Source: an uncultured Candidatus Saccharibacteria bacterium
Lineage (GTDB): Bacteria; Patescibacteriota; Kazan-3B-28
Direction of reading: 5' to 3'
Assembly: GCA_964434605.1 (NCBI GenBank)
Contig: CAYSVM010000002.1
Location: forward strand, 64,047-128,046
DNA: 64,000 nucleotides
Under the pieces are notes generated by a model. That model saw only the letters and a program-made list of their open reading frames with translations. It was not told the DNA's origin and did not search any database. Shown one piece after another: positions 18,526-28,691 of this stretch. The position numbers and the translations under genes are program-made. The stretch's first letter is position 1, and each line of letters opens with the position of its first letter.

Positions 18526-19875
18526 ATGAGTACTTCTATAAAATTCCTTGGTGCAACAGGAACGGTAACAGGCTCCAGCTATCTACTAACAACCGATTCC
18601 AAAAACTTTCTAGTAGATTGCGGTCTTTTCCAGGGTGGAAAAGAAGAAAGCAATAAAAACTACCAACCATTCCCCTACCATCCGAAAGATATAGACTTCC
18701 TTGTTCTCACCCATGCTCATCTAGATCACTGTGGCCTTATCCCCAAACTATACCGAGAGGGTTTTAGAGGGAAAATTTTCTCTACCCCTGCCACTCGAGA
18801 TTTAGCCGGGGCAATCCTAACTGATGCAGCCCATATCCAAGAAAATGGAGTGAATGAAGAAGAAATAGACATTCTTTTTTCCAAAAAAGATGTCGAGGAT
18901 GCATTAAAACTTTTTGAAACATATAACTACGGAAAAACTTTTGCCGTTGGAAACATAAAGATATGTCTGCAAGATGCTGGCCATATTTTGGGCTCCGCTA
19001 TCGTAGAAATCTGGGTAGATAACAAAAAAATTGTTTTCTCTGGAGATCTAGGCAATAGCCCCGTTCCCATCATGCGCGACCCCACTCTAATCTCTAAAGC
19101 AGATTACGTAATCTGCGAATCTACCTATGGCAACCGTTTGCATGAACCACCGACTAATCGAGAAAAGAAACTCTTGGCCGCTATTCGCCATGCCCACAAG
19201 CACCACTCCAAATTAATAATCCCCTCTTTTGCATTGGAACGAAGCCAAGATCTGCTCTACACTTTCAATCTCTTCCGCAACACTAACCAGATGCCCCATG
19301 TACCAGTAATCCTAGACAGTCCCCTCGCTATTAAAATTACTGATATTTATAAAAAATACACCAAACTCTTTGATGAAACTTTTCAACAATATCTAAAAGT
19401 AGATAAAGACCTATTTTCTTTCCCCGGATTTAATCAGACTCCAACTGTTCAAGAATCTAAGACAATAAATGAGCTACAAGATTCTGCAGTAATTATTGCA
19501 GGCTCTGGTATGGCAGATGGTGGTCGTGTCCAACACCACCTTATTCACCAACTTGGAAATCCCGACAACCAAGTTCTATTCGTTGGCTTCCAAACTCCCC
19601 ACACCCTTGGAAGAAAACTAGTAGATGGAGCTACTCGTGTGCGAATCAAGGATATAAATATTAGAGTCGAAGCTACTATCCGATCTATTAATGCCTTCTC
19701 TGCCCATGCTGACCAAAAAGGATTGATGAACTGGCTCTTCAGCTTCACCACTAATCCAACCGTTATTTTAACCCACGGCGAAAATGAACCTCGCCAAGTT
19801 CTTTCCAATAAAATCTCTCGCCAACTGAAATGCAAAACTATTCTACCCAAGACCGGACAAATAGTAAATTTGTAA
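18526..19875 (+). CDS. MBL-fold beta-CASP ribonuclease (CPSF/RNase J-like)
   Basis: HAHLDHCG metallo-beta-lactamase motif, KFLGATGTVTGS N-terminus, and beta-CASP plus RNA-metabolising MBL C-terminal region. Confidence 0.75.
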   Translation: MSTSIKFLGATGTVTGSSYLLTTDSKNFLVDCGLFQGGKEESNKNYQPFPYHPKDIDFLVLTHAHLDHCGLIPKLYREGFRGKIFSTPATRDLAGAILTDAAHIQENGVNEEEIDILFSKKDVEDALKLFETYNYGKTFAVGNIKICLQDAGHILGSAIVEIWVDNKKIVFSGDLGNSPVPIMRDPTLISKADYVICESTYGNRLHEPPTNREKKLLAAIRHAHKHHSKLIIPSFALERSQDLLYTFNLFRNTNQMPHVPVILDSPLAIKITDIYKKYTKLFDETFQQYLKVDKDLFSFPGFNQTPTVQESKTINELQDSAVIIAGSGMADGGRVQHHLIHQLGNPDNQVLFVGFQTPHTLGRKLVDGATRVRIKDINIRVEATIRSINAFSAHADQKGLMNWLFSFTTNPTVILTHGENEPRQVLSNKISRQLKCKTILPKTGQIVNL

Positions 19876-19881
19876 AGACAA

Positions 19882-20913
19882 CTAAACCGCCCCCAGCATT
19901 CCAATCACCACTCCAATAGTTGCAAGTACTGCCCCAATCACCCAAAATCGCATTGTAACTTTCGGCTCTGGCCATCCAATTGCTTCAAAATGGTGATGCA
20001 ACGGTGCTATTAAAAACAATTTTTTCTTATACACTTTCCTGTATGCCATTTGCAACATTACAGATAGTGTTTCAATCAACGGAATAAATGCTATGAACGG
20101 CAGCACAACCACACCTACTCCCCCCTTAATAAGCATCGCTACCACACCTAGAGTGGCTCCAAAAGCTAGCGCATAGGTATCTCCACCAAAGAAACGTGCT
20201 GGGAAAATATTGAACCAAAGATATGCCAGAAGAACTCCTACCACTGTGGCACAAAGAATAGCTAAGCTAACTTGGCCGTTCACTAATGCCAATACTCCGT
20301 AAGCCGAAAAGGCAATTACGAACAATCCACCAGACAGTCCATCCAACCCGTCTGTAATATTGAAAGCATTTGCTACTGCCAGGATTACAAAGATGAATAT
20401 TGGAATATACCACCAACCAACAATGAAGTCCCCTATTCCCGGTAAATGAAAACTATTAAAACCTAACTTATAGAAAAACCACCATGCTCCCAATCCCGCT
20501 ACAACAAAAAGCCAAAGCATTTTGTGCCGAGCTCGAACCCCCTTTACCCCACCAATGCCTCGAATGTTAAACCAATCATCAATCGCCCCAATAACCCCAA
20601 CCGACAACAAAGCAAAAAGAGGTAAATAAGTTTGAGAACGAGTTAAGTTAAAGTTCAGAGAAACTAAAATAACAATGAGCCAGTACAAAACCCCCGCCAT
20701 CGTCGGAATGTTACGTCGATGTTTCTCTCCATGTAGCTGCTGATATACACTTGCCTTTTGACCATATAAAGTTTCTTCCTTCGGCTTCTTCCAAAAATGG
20801 TACTTGTACAAAAAATTCACCCAAAAAGGCGTTGCTAATAGAGCAACAAAAAAGCCAATCATCGAAATAATGAATATCCGTAATAACTCTGTTTGAAGCA
20901 ATGCTTCGGGCAT
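19882..20913 (-). CDS. mraY: Phospho-N-acetylmuramoyl-pentapeptide transferase MraY
   Basis: 10-TM protein with MraY-signature loops (NAFNITDGLDGL and DTYALAFG regions). Confidence 0.9.
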   Translation of the reverse strand: MPEALLQTELLRIFIISMIGFFVALLATPFWVNFLYKYHFWKKPKEETLYGQKASVYQQLHGEKHRRNIPTMAGVLYWLIVILVSLNFNLTRSQTYLPLFALLSVGVIGAIDDWFNIRGIGGVKGVRARHKMLWLFVVAGLGAWWFFYKLGFNSFHLPGIGDFIVGWWYIPIFIFVILAVANAFNITDGLDGLSGGLFVIAFSAYGVLALVNGQVSLAILCATVVGVLLAYLWFNIFPARFFGGDTYALAFGATLGVVAMLIKGGVGVVVLPFIAFIPLIETLSVMLQMAYRKVYKKKLFLIAPLHHHFEAIGWPEPKVTMRFWVIGAVLATIGVVIGMLGAV

Positions 20914-20914
20914 A

Positions 20915-22171
20915 TTAATTTTTGAACTGTGTCATCAGACGAGCTACCAATTTGTCCAAATGCAACGCTCGAGATGCTTTCACTAATACGGTATCACCTT
21001 CCTCTAAGATAGGCAAAATCTGGGAAATAGCGGAATCAACATTTGGATTGTTCTCATCCCATAGAATCTTCACCACATTTTCTTGTTTCATTCCCGCCAC
21101 TAATGCGGATTGAGCAATCATCTCTCCCTCCTTCCCCATCCCTATTAGCAGATCTACTTGTCTTGCCGCCCACTGCCCTACTTGTTCATGACCGGACTCT
21201 GTGACACTTCCCATCTCCCTCATACCGCCCAAGATAGCTACCTTTCTTCCTTGTGCAATGTCTCTCAAACTAAGCAATGCTATCTTCATAGACTCTGTAT
21301 TCGCATTGTAGCTGTCATCAATAACTGTCCACTTTTGTCCCCGTGTTATCTGGAAACGACCAACGATTGGCTGTAATTCGGCTAACCCCAAAGTAATTTG
21401 CTCTTTGGTCAACCCAAACTCTTCACCTACAGCAAAAGCCACTAGCGCTGCTGGAATGAATTGTCTCCCCTCCGGCAGCTTTACCTGTAACTCACTATTT
21501 AGTCCATGTAAAACAAAATCATCTCCGCTCTTCTCGGCCCAATAATCGTTGGAGCTACCTAAACCAAAACTGTATTTTCTCTGCGTATTAGATATCTGCG
21601 CCTCTTTGCAATCCTCACATTCGCCATTCAAAATTGCCAACCCATTTGACTTCAGCTTATGAATAATAGATAGTTTTTCTTTTACTAATTCCCCACGATC
21701 TTTATAAAACTCCAAATGAGCATCACCGATGGTAGTGACTACTGCAACATCGTAATCAAACCATTTGTTGAACCAGCCAATATCTCCCGGCCCATCTGCT
21801 GCCATCTCCAGCACCAAAACATCCGGATACTTCTGCTTGTATACCAACCTCCATAAACCCTTTAGTTTCAATAAAACCATCTGCCATAGGGTAATCCGCG
21901 CTTTGCCGGATGATGTAAATATCGGCTCAAATCCCGGACTTATTACCGAAGCAGCAACACCCCATCCCGTATTAGTGTTATACATACTCCGCTGAGCAGA
22001 ATGGGCCTGCTTTAAAACCAACCAGATGGCCTCTTTGGTTGTAGTCTTTCCCACGCTACCGGTAATAGCAACTATCTTGACCTGGTATCTCCCTGCCACC
22101 TGCCCCGCCAACCAGCCAAACAGATTTAATATTAATTTCTTCATCTCTATCTTGTAGGAGGAATTCTCCAA
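20915..22171 (-). CDS. murF: UDP-N-acetylmuramoyl-tripeptide--D-alanyl-D-alanine ligase MurF
   Basis: P-loop ITGSVGKTTTKEAI and Mur ligase domains; position between ftsI and mraY. Confidence 0.85.
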   Translation of the reverse strand: MENSSYKIEMKKLILNLFGWLAGQVAGRYQVKIVAITGSVGKTTTKEAIWLVLKQAHSAQRSMYNTNTGWGVAASVISPGFEPIFTSSGKARITLWQMVLLKLKGLWRLVYKQKYPDVLVLEMAADGPGDIGWFNKWFDYDVAVVTTIGDAHLEFYKDRGELVKEKLSIIHKLKSNGLAILNGECEDCKEAQISNTQRKYSFGLGSSNDYWAEKSGDDFVLHGLNSELQVKLPEGRQFIPAALVAFAVGEEFGLTKEQITLGLAELQPIVGRFQITRGQKWTVIDDSYNANTESMKIALLSLRDIAQGRKVAILGGMREMGSVTESGHEQVGQWAARQVDLLIGMGKEGEMIAQSALVAGMKQENVVKILWDENNPNVDSAISQILPILEEGDTVLVKASRALHLDKLVARLMTQFKN

Positions 22172-23880
22172 TAGTCTAGCAGAAATTTGGCAATCCCACC
22201 AAACAATGGTGCCGCAGAGCTTTCTGCATATACAACATCTCGGGGTCTATCTATTCTCGCTATCATCACAAACCTTGGATTCTCCACTGGCCCAAATCCC
22301 ACAAAAGTACCAATAGTATTCCCTATTCCTTCTGCTAAATATCCACTACCATTCGGATTTGGTATCTGAGCCGTACCAGTCTTACCAGCAATGTAATATC
22401 CTCTTACCCCTGCTTTCTGTCCGTGTCCGCGTTCCACTACCCCGACCATCATGGCTGAGACTAGTTGCGCAACCTGTGAAGAAATTACTTGCCCCTTCAC
22501 ATCCGGCCCAATACTCACCGCCCCAGACGGATATAAAATCTTATCCACAATATGTGGTTGCATAAGTTTACCATCATTAGCAATTGCCCCAACTGCTGCG
22601 AGCATCTGAATAGGTGTAATTGCAATTCCCTGTCCAAACGACATTGTTGCTAGATCCACATCGCTCCAATTACGCAATTGTTTTACTTGAGCTGAAACTT
22701 CACCAGCAACTTCTATTCCTGTGGACGAAAGGAAACCAAACTGTTCCAAATATTTACGAAATAGATTCTTGCCTAGCTTCTGCACTACAAAAATTACACC
22801 AGTATTCAGAGACTTCTCTAGTACCTGAGTCATTGTTTGAGTTCCGTGCGCAACTTTATCTGAGTTTTTTATAGTCCTGTCATTTATCTTCACTTCTCCT
22901 GGATCAGTATACGTAGTACTCGGTGCCACCAATCCTGCATCTATACCAGCTGCCACTGTAATGACCTTGAAAACTGAACCAGGCTCATAAGTAAGTGATG
23001 TATTTAGATTATTGAAAAGTGCCAGATCCTGGGTGTTGTAGTTGTTTGGATCGAAATTGGGATATTGTGCCATTGCAATTATCTTCCCCGTCTCAGGATC
23101 CATAATTATCACACTCCCCTTATCTGCCTTATGTTTCTCCACCGATTTTTTCAATGCCTTCTCCACATGATATTGAATAGCCCGATCTATCGTAAGCACT
23201 ACATCCAGACCATTCTCCGGATTCACATTCTGTCTTTTGCCTAAAGCAATCTGCTGACCAAAAACATCTTGCTCCGCTTCAAGAAGTCCCGCCTTCCCCC
23301 CAAGTTGTTTGTCCAAATACCCTTCTACTCCGTACTGGCCCTTCCCATCTCTATTCACAAAACCAAGGGCTTGAGCAGCCATAATATTCTCCGGATAGTA
23401 CCTGTACAATTCTGGAGTAAGATACACACCTGTTAGATCCAAGTCAGCAATTGCCTGAGCTTCCTTTTCTTCAATCTTACGCTTTAAAGGTGGCAGATAT
23501 TTAGACTTAGAAGAAAGTTTTGCGATTAAATCACTTTCCTCAATTCCAGCACCCGAAAGAAAAGGCATGAGTTTACTCGCCACTAACTCTGGCCTCTTTA
23601 TCTGTGCAGGAACTACCGTGAGAGAAAATAAAGTAACATTAGTTCCCAGAGGATACAATTCTCCATCACTATCTTCCACCAATATCTTCCCTCTCTGTGC
23701 TGGAACAACTTGACTACTAACATGTTGTTGCAATGCTGCCTCGGAATAGTGTCGATATTGAATCACCTGCCGTTCAAACAACATGCTGATTAGCATGAAA
23801 AAGGCCAGCCCAAAAAGACCGGTAATTATACCGATACGATACCTTTGTTCAAATTGCAATGTAGTAGCCCTATCTAACAT
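22147..23880 (-). CDS. ftsI: Penicillin-binding protein (class B transpeptidase, FtsI/PBP2-like)
   Basis: N-terminal TM, PBP dimerisation domain, and transpeptidase SxxK (SVFK), SxN and KTG(T) motifs. Confidence 0.85.
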   Translation of the reverse strand: MLDRATTLQFEQRYRIGIITGLFGLAFFMLISMLFERQVIQYRHYSEAALQQHVSSQVVPAQRGKILVEDSDGELYPLGTNVTLFSLTVVPAQIKRPELVASKLMPFLSGAGIEESDLIAKLSSKSKYLPPLKRKIEEKEAQAIADLDLTGVYLTPELYRYYPENIMAAQALGFVNRDGKGQYGVEGYLDKQLGGKAGLLEAEQDVFGQQIALGKRQNVNPENGLDVVLTIDRAIQYHVEKALKKSVEKHKADKGSVIIMDPETGKIIAMAQYPNFDPNNYNTQDLALFNNLNTSLTYEPGSVFKVITVAAGIDAGLVAPSTTYTDPGEVKINDRTIKNSDKVAHGTQTMTQVLEKSLNTGVIFVVQKLGKNLFRKYLEQFGFLSSTGIEVAGEVSAQVKQLRNWSDVDLATMSFGQGIAITPIQMLAAVGAIANDGKLMQPHIVDKILYPSGAVSIGPDVKGQVISSQVAQLVSAMMVGVVERGHGQKAGVRGYYIAGKTGTAQIPNPNGSGYLAEGIGNTIGTFVGFGPVENPRFVMIARIDRPRDVVYAESSAAPLFGGIAKFLLDYWRIPPTR

Positions 23881-23899
23881 GCCACTACATTATATAGGA

Positions 23900-24316
23900 T
23901 TACCGCTGAGCAAGTGCCGTATAGCTAGGAAGGTATGTGTAGTGCTGGGAAGGCACAAGCTTCGGGACTATTACCACTTTCTTTGTTTCTGTCTGCTCGG
24001 GAATGGAACCGGTCGCATCCTTGTCTGGATCACCCACCTCCACTTGTCCAGTTGCACCTTCATCTATTACCTGCAAAGACTTTAGTCTAGCCGCTTCTAC
24101 TTCCAGTCTCTGATTCTCTGCTTCCATCCCTTTGTTAGAAACCTCCAGTAGTCTAAGTTCTGTACCTTTATTGGCCACCACATTCACTACGATAAAGTAG
24201 ACACCACCGACAACAAAGAATAAGCCAAGCATTAAATAAGTAGTAGACTTTGGACTCAAATTCAATCGACGAGCGATATTAATCTGTGGCAATTTGTAAC
24301 TAAATCTTTTTTTCAT
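23900..24316 (-). CDS. ftsL: Cell division protein FtsL-like
   Basis: Small bitopic protein with TM plus coiled coil, located between rsmH and ftsI. Confidence 0.55.
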   Translation of the reverse strand: MKKRFSYKLPQINIARRLNLSPKSTTYLMLGLFFVVGGVYFIVVNVVANKGTELRLLEVSNKGMEAENQRLEVEAARLKSLQVIDEGATGQVEVGDPDKDATGSIPEQTETKKVVIVPKLVPSQHYTYLPSYTALAQR

Positions 24317-24319
24317 AAC

Positions 24320-25198
24320 CTATATCCTTACCGCCACCCGCAACTTTGCACTACGAGCACGAGGATTTCTTTTCTGCTCCTGCCAAGAAGGCGCAATGGC
24401 CTTCTTGGAGAGGAGCCTTATTCTCCCCCCAGTGGTTTGACTCTTAAAAAAGTTTTTAACGATCCTATCTTCCAAAGAATGGAATGAAATAACTGCCAAT
24501 CTGCCCCCCGGGTTCAGTAGCTCAACTGCTTGGGGCAATGCTTCTTGTAAAGCCTGCAACTCTTCGTTGACGGCAATCCGTAAAGCCTGGAACACTCTAG
24601 TCGCTGGATGAATCTTACCCGGCTTACCACCAACAATCTCAACCAAGTCGAAAGTAGTTGCTATTATCTTCTTCTTGCGAAATTCCAAGATGCACTTAGC
24701 GATACTCTCTGCTTTTGGCTCTTCTCCGTACTCTTTGAATATCTTTACTAATTCATTGAAACTGGCACGATTCAAGACCTCTGCGGCAGTAGTTTCACCC
24801 TGCCCATCCATCCTCATATCTAAAGGTGCATCCTGTAAAAACGAAAAACCCCGGGCTCCATTCTCTAGTTGAAGAGATGAGACACCGAGGTCGAAAAGTA
24901 ATCCATCAACATTTCTGGATCCATTGTTTGCTTGAACCAATTGAACAAGATTACGGAAATTACCGCGGACCAAAACAATTCGTTTTTCGAAACGGCTAAG
25001 GTTTTCGTGTGCGATGCGTAAGGCCTGTTCATCTTGATCTATTCCTATCAACTTTCCATCTGGGCCTAGACGTTCAATTAGCGCCTGTGCGTGGCCCCCC
25101 AGTCCAACGGTGGCATCTACGAATGTTTCTCCTGGTTGTGGATCAAGAAACCTGATAACTTCCTCGACCAACACCGGAGTATGTTGGAATCTGGACAT
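24320..25198 (-). CDS. rsmH: 16S rRNA (cytosine1402-N4)-methyltransferase RsmH (MraW)
   Basis: SAM-binding FVDATVGLGGH and DGKLIGIDQD motifs; follows mraZ. Confidence 0.9.
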   Translation of the reverse strand: MSRFQHTPVLVEEVIRFLDPQPGETFVDATVGLGGHAQALIERLGPDGKLIGIDQDEQALRIAHENLSRFEKRIVLVRGNFRNLVQLVQANNGSRNVDGLLFDLGVSSLQLENGARGFSFLQDAPLDMRMDGQGETTAAEVLNRASFNELVKIFKEYGEEPKAESIAKCILEFRKKKIIATTFDLVEIVGGKPGKIHPATRVFQALRIAVNEELQALQEALPQAVELLNPGGRLAVISFHSLEDRIVKNFFKSQTTGGRIRLLSKKAIAPSWQEQKRNPRARSAKLRVAVRI

Positions 25199-25222
25199 AA
25201 ATTATTAATTAGTTTTCAATTT

Positions 25223-25360
25223 TCGCCGGCAACCTGAATATGGGAGGTTTGTCGAATTGTACCCAAAGGGGTTGGGTGTAAGCCTATGCTAACTTTTTTA
25301 GGAGGTGAAAAGTTTGGCTAGATAATGACTAGATAACTAATTGTGTCAAGTTGCCGGCGA
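25223..25360. repeat. Long-range inverted repeat (11-bp arms tcgccggcaac/gttgccggcga) enclosing most of the mraZ-rsmH intergenic region
   Basis: Arms at 25223-25233 and 25350-25360 are exact reverse complements and could close a ~140-nt structured element. Confidence 0.35.
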
Positions 25361-25371
25361 CAGATAATTTT

Positions 25372-25815
25372 CTAAACAAATAACTCTTCTGCTAATTTTT
25401 CGGATTCTTTTTCAGTCTTCTTCTTGTATTCTTCCCATTTCTTCTCATTCCAGAATTCCAGTCGGTTCATTAGTCCTGCAATTATCGAAATACCTTTTAA
25501 CCCTGCATACTGCATTAAATATTTTGGTAAGTTGATGCGACCTTGCGAATCAAGATCAACCGCCATTGCACCTGCTAGCATCAATCTTGCAAAAGCCCGT
25601 GCATTGCCTTGAGAAATTGGCATCTGCGTAAGTTTAGCAACCAATTTATTCCACTCGTCTGGAGTGTATAAGAATAAACATCCATCGAGTCCTTTGGTTA
25701 CTACTGCACCTTTTTTCAAATGGTTGCGGAACTTGGAAGGAATGGCAAGTCTGCCCTTGTCATCCAGCTGATGTCTATACTCCCCAATAAATAGGTTATC
25801 CACTTTTCCCTCCAC
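25372..25815 (-). CDS. mraZ: Transcriptional regulator MraZ
   Basis: Duplicated MraZ domain with DxxGR motifs (LDDKGRLAIP and LDSQGRINLP). Confidence 0.9.
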   Translation of the reverse strand: MEGKVDNLFIGEYRHQLDDKGRLAIPSKFRNHLKKGAVVTKGLDGCLFLYTPDEWNKLVAKLTQMPISQGNARAFARLMLAGAMAVDLDSQGRINLPKYLMQYAGLKGISIIAGLMNRLEFWNEKKWEEYKKKTEKESEKLAEELFV

Positions 25816-26051
25816 TTATCCCCACTTCTATCCACAACTATTTTATTCTACACCACTTAGATTTTATCAGGCAACACTTTGGAATATATTATTTTTTTAT
25901 TCGCTCCCAAAGCCAGATTTTTTCTCTCTCCTCTCTTCATCTACCCTATTTATCCACACCAGCTCAAGGACGATTTAGAATAATTTGACCAATACGGAAA
26001 AATCCTCTACGATAGCGAGTAATTTGTACTTTAATCAATAAGGAGGAGGAA

Positions 26052-26882
26052 ATGAAAGGGAATATTCCGATTGCGGCAGTAAACTACCTCGAGTTCCCGA
26101 ATGGAAACCCTGTAGTCATCCATGGAAGACGGCACACTTGGAACGGGAAACCGTCGAGTCCAGGAATGCCTCCTGGTGTTCTAGAGGGCTACGGGGACCC
26201 TAAGTGGGGCTCGAAACTGGATGTAATCTTAGAAGACATGCCTAGGCCTGTCTTCTATCTCACCTGCCATCATACGGGTGAGATCAACTCTCTTCTGGAT
26301 GGACAGTATCCAGAAATCGGCAATTCAATAATGGCAGTACATGGAGATGCCATTATCACTCCAGAAGAAACCAAGAGGAACAAGACTGTCGTTTCCGGCG
26401 GAGCTGACTGCATGTTCGCCGCCATCTACGACGGCCGGAAATACGCAGTCGTTCACTTCTCGGTTCTAAACGAGTTTGGGTGGAAGAATAAGAACTTCCA
26501 AGAACCGTTAAGTGTGAGACTCTTCCGGGAGCTCGATCCAACCAGCTCGACAATAATCATTGGCCCAACGATTGGGCCATGTTGCTACGACTGGAGTGTT
26601 GATCACAAGCAAAAACTTGTTTATCAGATGCTCCAGACTGATTCTGACATAAGTCCTGAAATCCTATTTCAGGAAAGAATGAGCAACCGGGAAAAGATTG
26701 GTTTCAACTTCCGGGACACCATTATCAACAGACTGTTAAAACTGGGAGTGAAGAATATCGACATCTCCAAGACGGTCTGTACCTGCTGTAACAATACGTT
26801 GTACCACAGCAGACGCCACGAGGGTAATGGTGACAAACGAAGACTAAGGAACATCATCGCCCTGCCAATACAGGGACGATAG
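26052..26882 (+). CDS. YfiH/PgeF (DUF152, Cu-oxidase_4) family protein
   Basis: GADCMFAA, IGPTIGPCCYDW and C-terminal CTCC...YHSRRHEG match the conserved ADC, IGPxIxxCCYEV and SYRRDG motifs of YfiH; strong AAGGAGGAGG SD. Confidence 0.65.
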   Translation: MKGNIPIAAVNYLEFPNGNPVVIHGRRHTWNGKPSSPGMPPGVLEGYGDPKWGSKLDVILEDMPRPVFYLTCHHTGEINSLLDGQYPEIGNSIMAVHGDAIITPEETKRNKTVVSGGADCMFAAIYDGRKYAVVHFSVLNEFGWKNKNFQEPLSVRLFRELDPTSSTIIIGPTIGPCCYDWSVDHKQKLVYQMLQTDSDISPEILFQERMSNREKIGFNFRDTIINRLLKLGVKNIDISKTVCTCCNNTLYHSRRHEGNGDKRRLRNIIALPIQGR

Positions 26883-26929
26883 CCTCCTACGAATTGAAAA
26901 AAGCAGTCGCTTCGGTGGCTGCTTTTTCC

Positions 26930-28234
26930 TTATCCCAATTTTTCCTCAAGCCATTTTTCTACTTCCGCAACAGGCACTCGTTCTTGTTTCATTGTATCGC
27001 GATCACGTACTGTAACAGCATTATCCTCCAAGGTATCAAAATCTACTGTAATACAATAGGGAGTACCTATCTCATCTTGTCTTCTATATCTCCGTCCCAC
27101 CGTTCCTGTTTCGTCGTATTCAACAAACCATTTCTCTCTTAGACCATGGAAGATCTCTTTTGCTTTTAATATCAAGGGCTCTTTTTTTACTAGCGGAAAA
27201 ACTGCCACCTTTATCGGTGCTAATCTAGGATGGAATTTCAACACTATTCTCTCTTCCCCTTCTATCCTTTCAACCGTATATGCATCCACCAGAAATGCTA
27301 ATACCGCCCTATCCACTCCCCCAGATGGCTCCACCACGTGTGGTAGAACTTTCTGCTTAGTTTCTTCGTCAAAATAACGCATCTCTACTCCAGAAAACTT
27401 CTCATGTTGACTTAGGTCATAGTCTCCCCTATTCGCAATCCCCTCTAACTCAGAAAACCCAAATGGGAAATTGTATTCCACATCTGTAGCTGCAATTGCA
27501 TAGTGTGCCAATTCATTTTTTTCATGTTCTCTTAGTCGCAAGTTACTTGGATCAATACCCAAATTCTTGTACCACTCAAATCTCACCTTTACCCATTCAT
27601 CAAAAGCTTTCTTTGCCGACAATGCATCTTTTACAAAATATTCTATTTCAAATTGTTCAAATTCTCTTGTTCTAAAAGTAAAGTTCCCTGGAGTAATCTC
27701 ATTCCGGAAAGACTTTCCAACCTGCGCCACTCCAAATGGCAACTTCACTCTTGTTGTATCTAAAATATTTTTGAAATCCACAAAGATTCCCTGCGCTGTT
27801 TCCGGCCGCAAGTAAACTATATTCTCCTCATTATCCACCGGCCCTGCATGAGTCTTGAACATTAGATTAAATTGTCTGGCCTCTGTCAGCTCCCCACCGC
27901 AACTAGGACATTTATCTTCCTCCAATTGATCTGCCCTAAATCTCTGTTTACACTCCTTGCAATCTACCAGAGGATCGGTAAATTCCTTGATATGTCCGCT
28001 TGCCTCCCAGACTTTGGGGTTCATCAGGATAGATGAATCCAAGCCGACAATATCGCTCCTCTTCATTACCACATCCTTCCACCATGCTTGTTTCACATTG
28101 TTTTTTAATAGCACTCCATATGGACCATAGTCCCATGCATTGGCCAACCCGCCATATATTTCACTTCCTGCATAAATAAACGCCCGCCGTTTGGCGACAT
28201 TCACAATCTCGTCCATTGTTGTTTTAGTTGCCAT
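26930..28234 (-). CDS. glyQS: Glycine--tRNA ligase (alpha2 dimeric type)
   Basis: N-terminal [20 protein letters not shown] and class II motifs; single-chain ~430 aa form. Confidence 0.9.
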   Translation of the reverse strand: MATKTTMDEIVNVAKRRAFIYAGSEIYGGLANAWDYGPYGVLLKNNVKQAWWKDVVMKRSDIVGLDSSILMNPKVWEASGHIKEFTDPLVDCKECKQRFRADQLEEDKCPSCGGELTEARQFNLMFKTHAGPVDNEENIVYLRPETAQGIFVDFKNILDTTRVKLPFGVAQVGKSFRNEITPGNFTFRTREFEQFEIEYFVKDALSAKKAFDEWVKVRFEWYKNLGIDPSNLRLREHEKNELAHYAIAATDVEYNFPFGFSELEGIANRGDYDLSQHEKFSGVEMRYFDEETKQKVLPHVVEPSGGVDRAVLAFLVDAYTVERIEGEERIVLKFHPRLAPIKVAVFPLVKKEPLILKAKEIFHGLREKWFVEYDETGTVGRRYRRQDEIGTPYCITVDFDTLEDNAVTVRDRDTMKQERVPVAEVEKWLEEKLG

Positions 28235-28670
28235 CTACTATTACATTAAACTCCGCTATTTTCTCTGGAGATATTTGGTATTTCACAATATGCCCACCAA
28301 TGTGTTTTATCGGTTCTGTAATCACCAGTAAATCCTTTTCTAAAATAATCCCCAATTGGTCCTTTACTGCTCGCATAACCTGCTCTTCGTTTATCGTCGC
28401 AAACAACCCACCAGTTGGATTTGCCTTCACTCCTATCCGTACCTGCTTACCACTAAGCCCTTCCACTTGAGCCTCCAGTTCCTCTGCTTTGCTCTCTAAT
28501 TTCTTTACTCGCTGGGACTGCTCTAGCTCCCAAGCAGTCTTTACACCACCTGTAGCTGGCTTAGCTAAACCCAATGCTAAAAGATAGTTGCGGGCATATC
28601 CGTCCGCTACTTGCTTCAGCTCTCCTCTGCGTCCCACCCCACGGACATCTTTCAACAGTAGTACTTCCAT
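28224..28670 (-). CDS. rplI: 50S ribosomal protein L9
   Basis: [30 protein letters not shown] is the canonical L9 N-domain. Confidence 0.85.
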   Translation of the reverse strand: MEVLLLKDVRGVGRRGELKQVADGYARNYLLALGLAKPATGGVKTAWELEQSQRVKKLESKAEELEAQVEGLSGKQVRIGVKANPTGGLFATINEEQVMRAVKDQLGIILEKDLLVITEPIKHIGGHIVKYQISPEKIAEFNVIVDGN

Positions 28671-28691
28671 ATCTTCTACTATATCTGGAAA

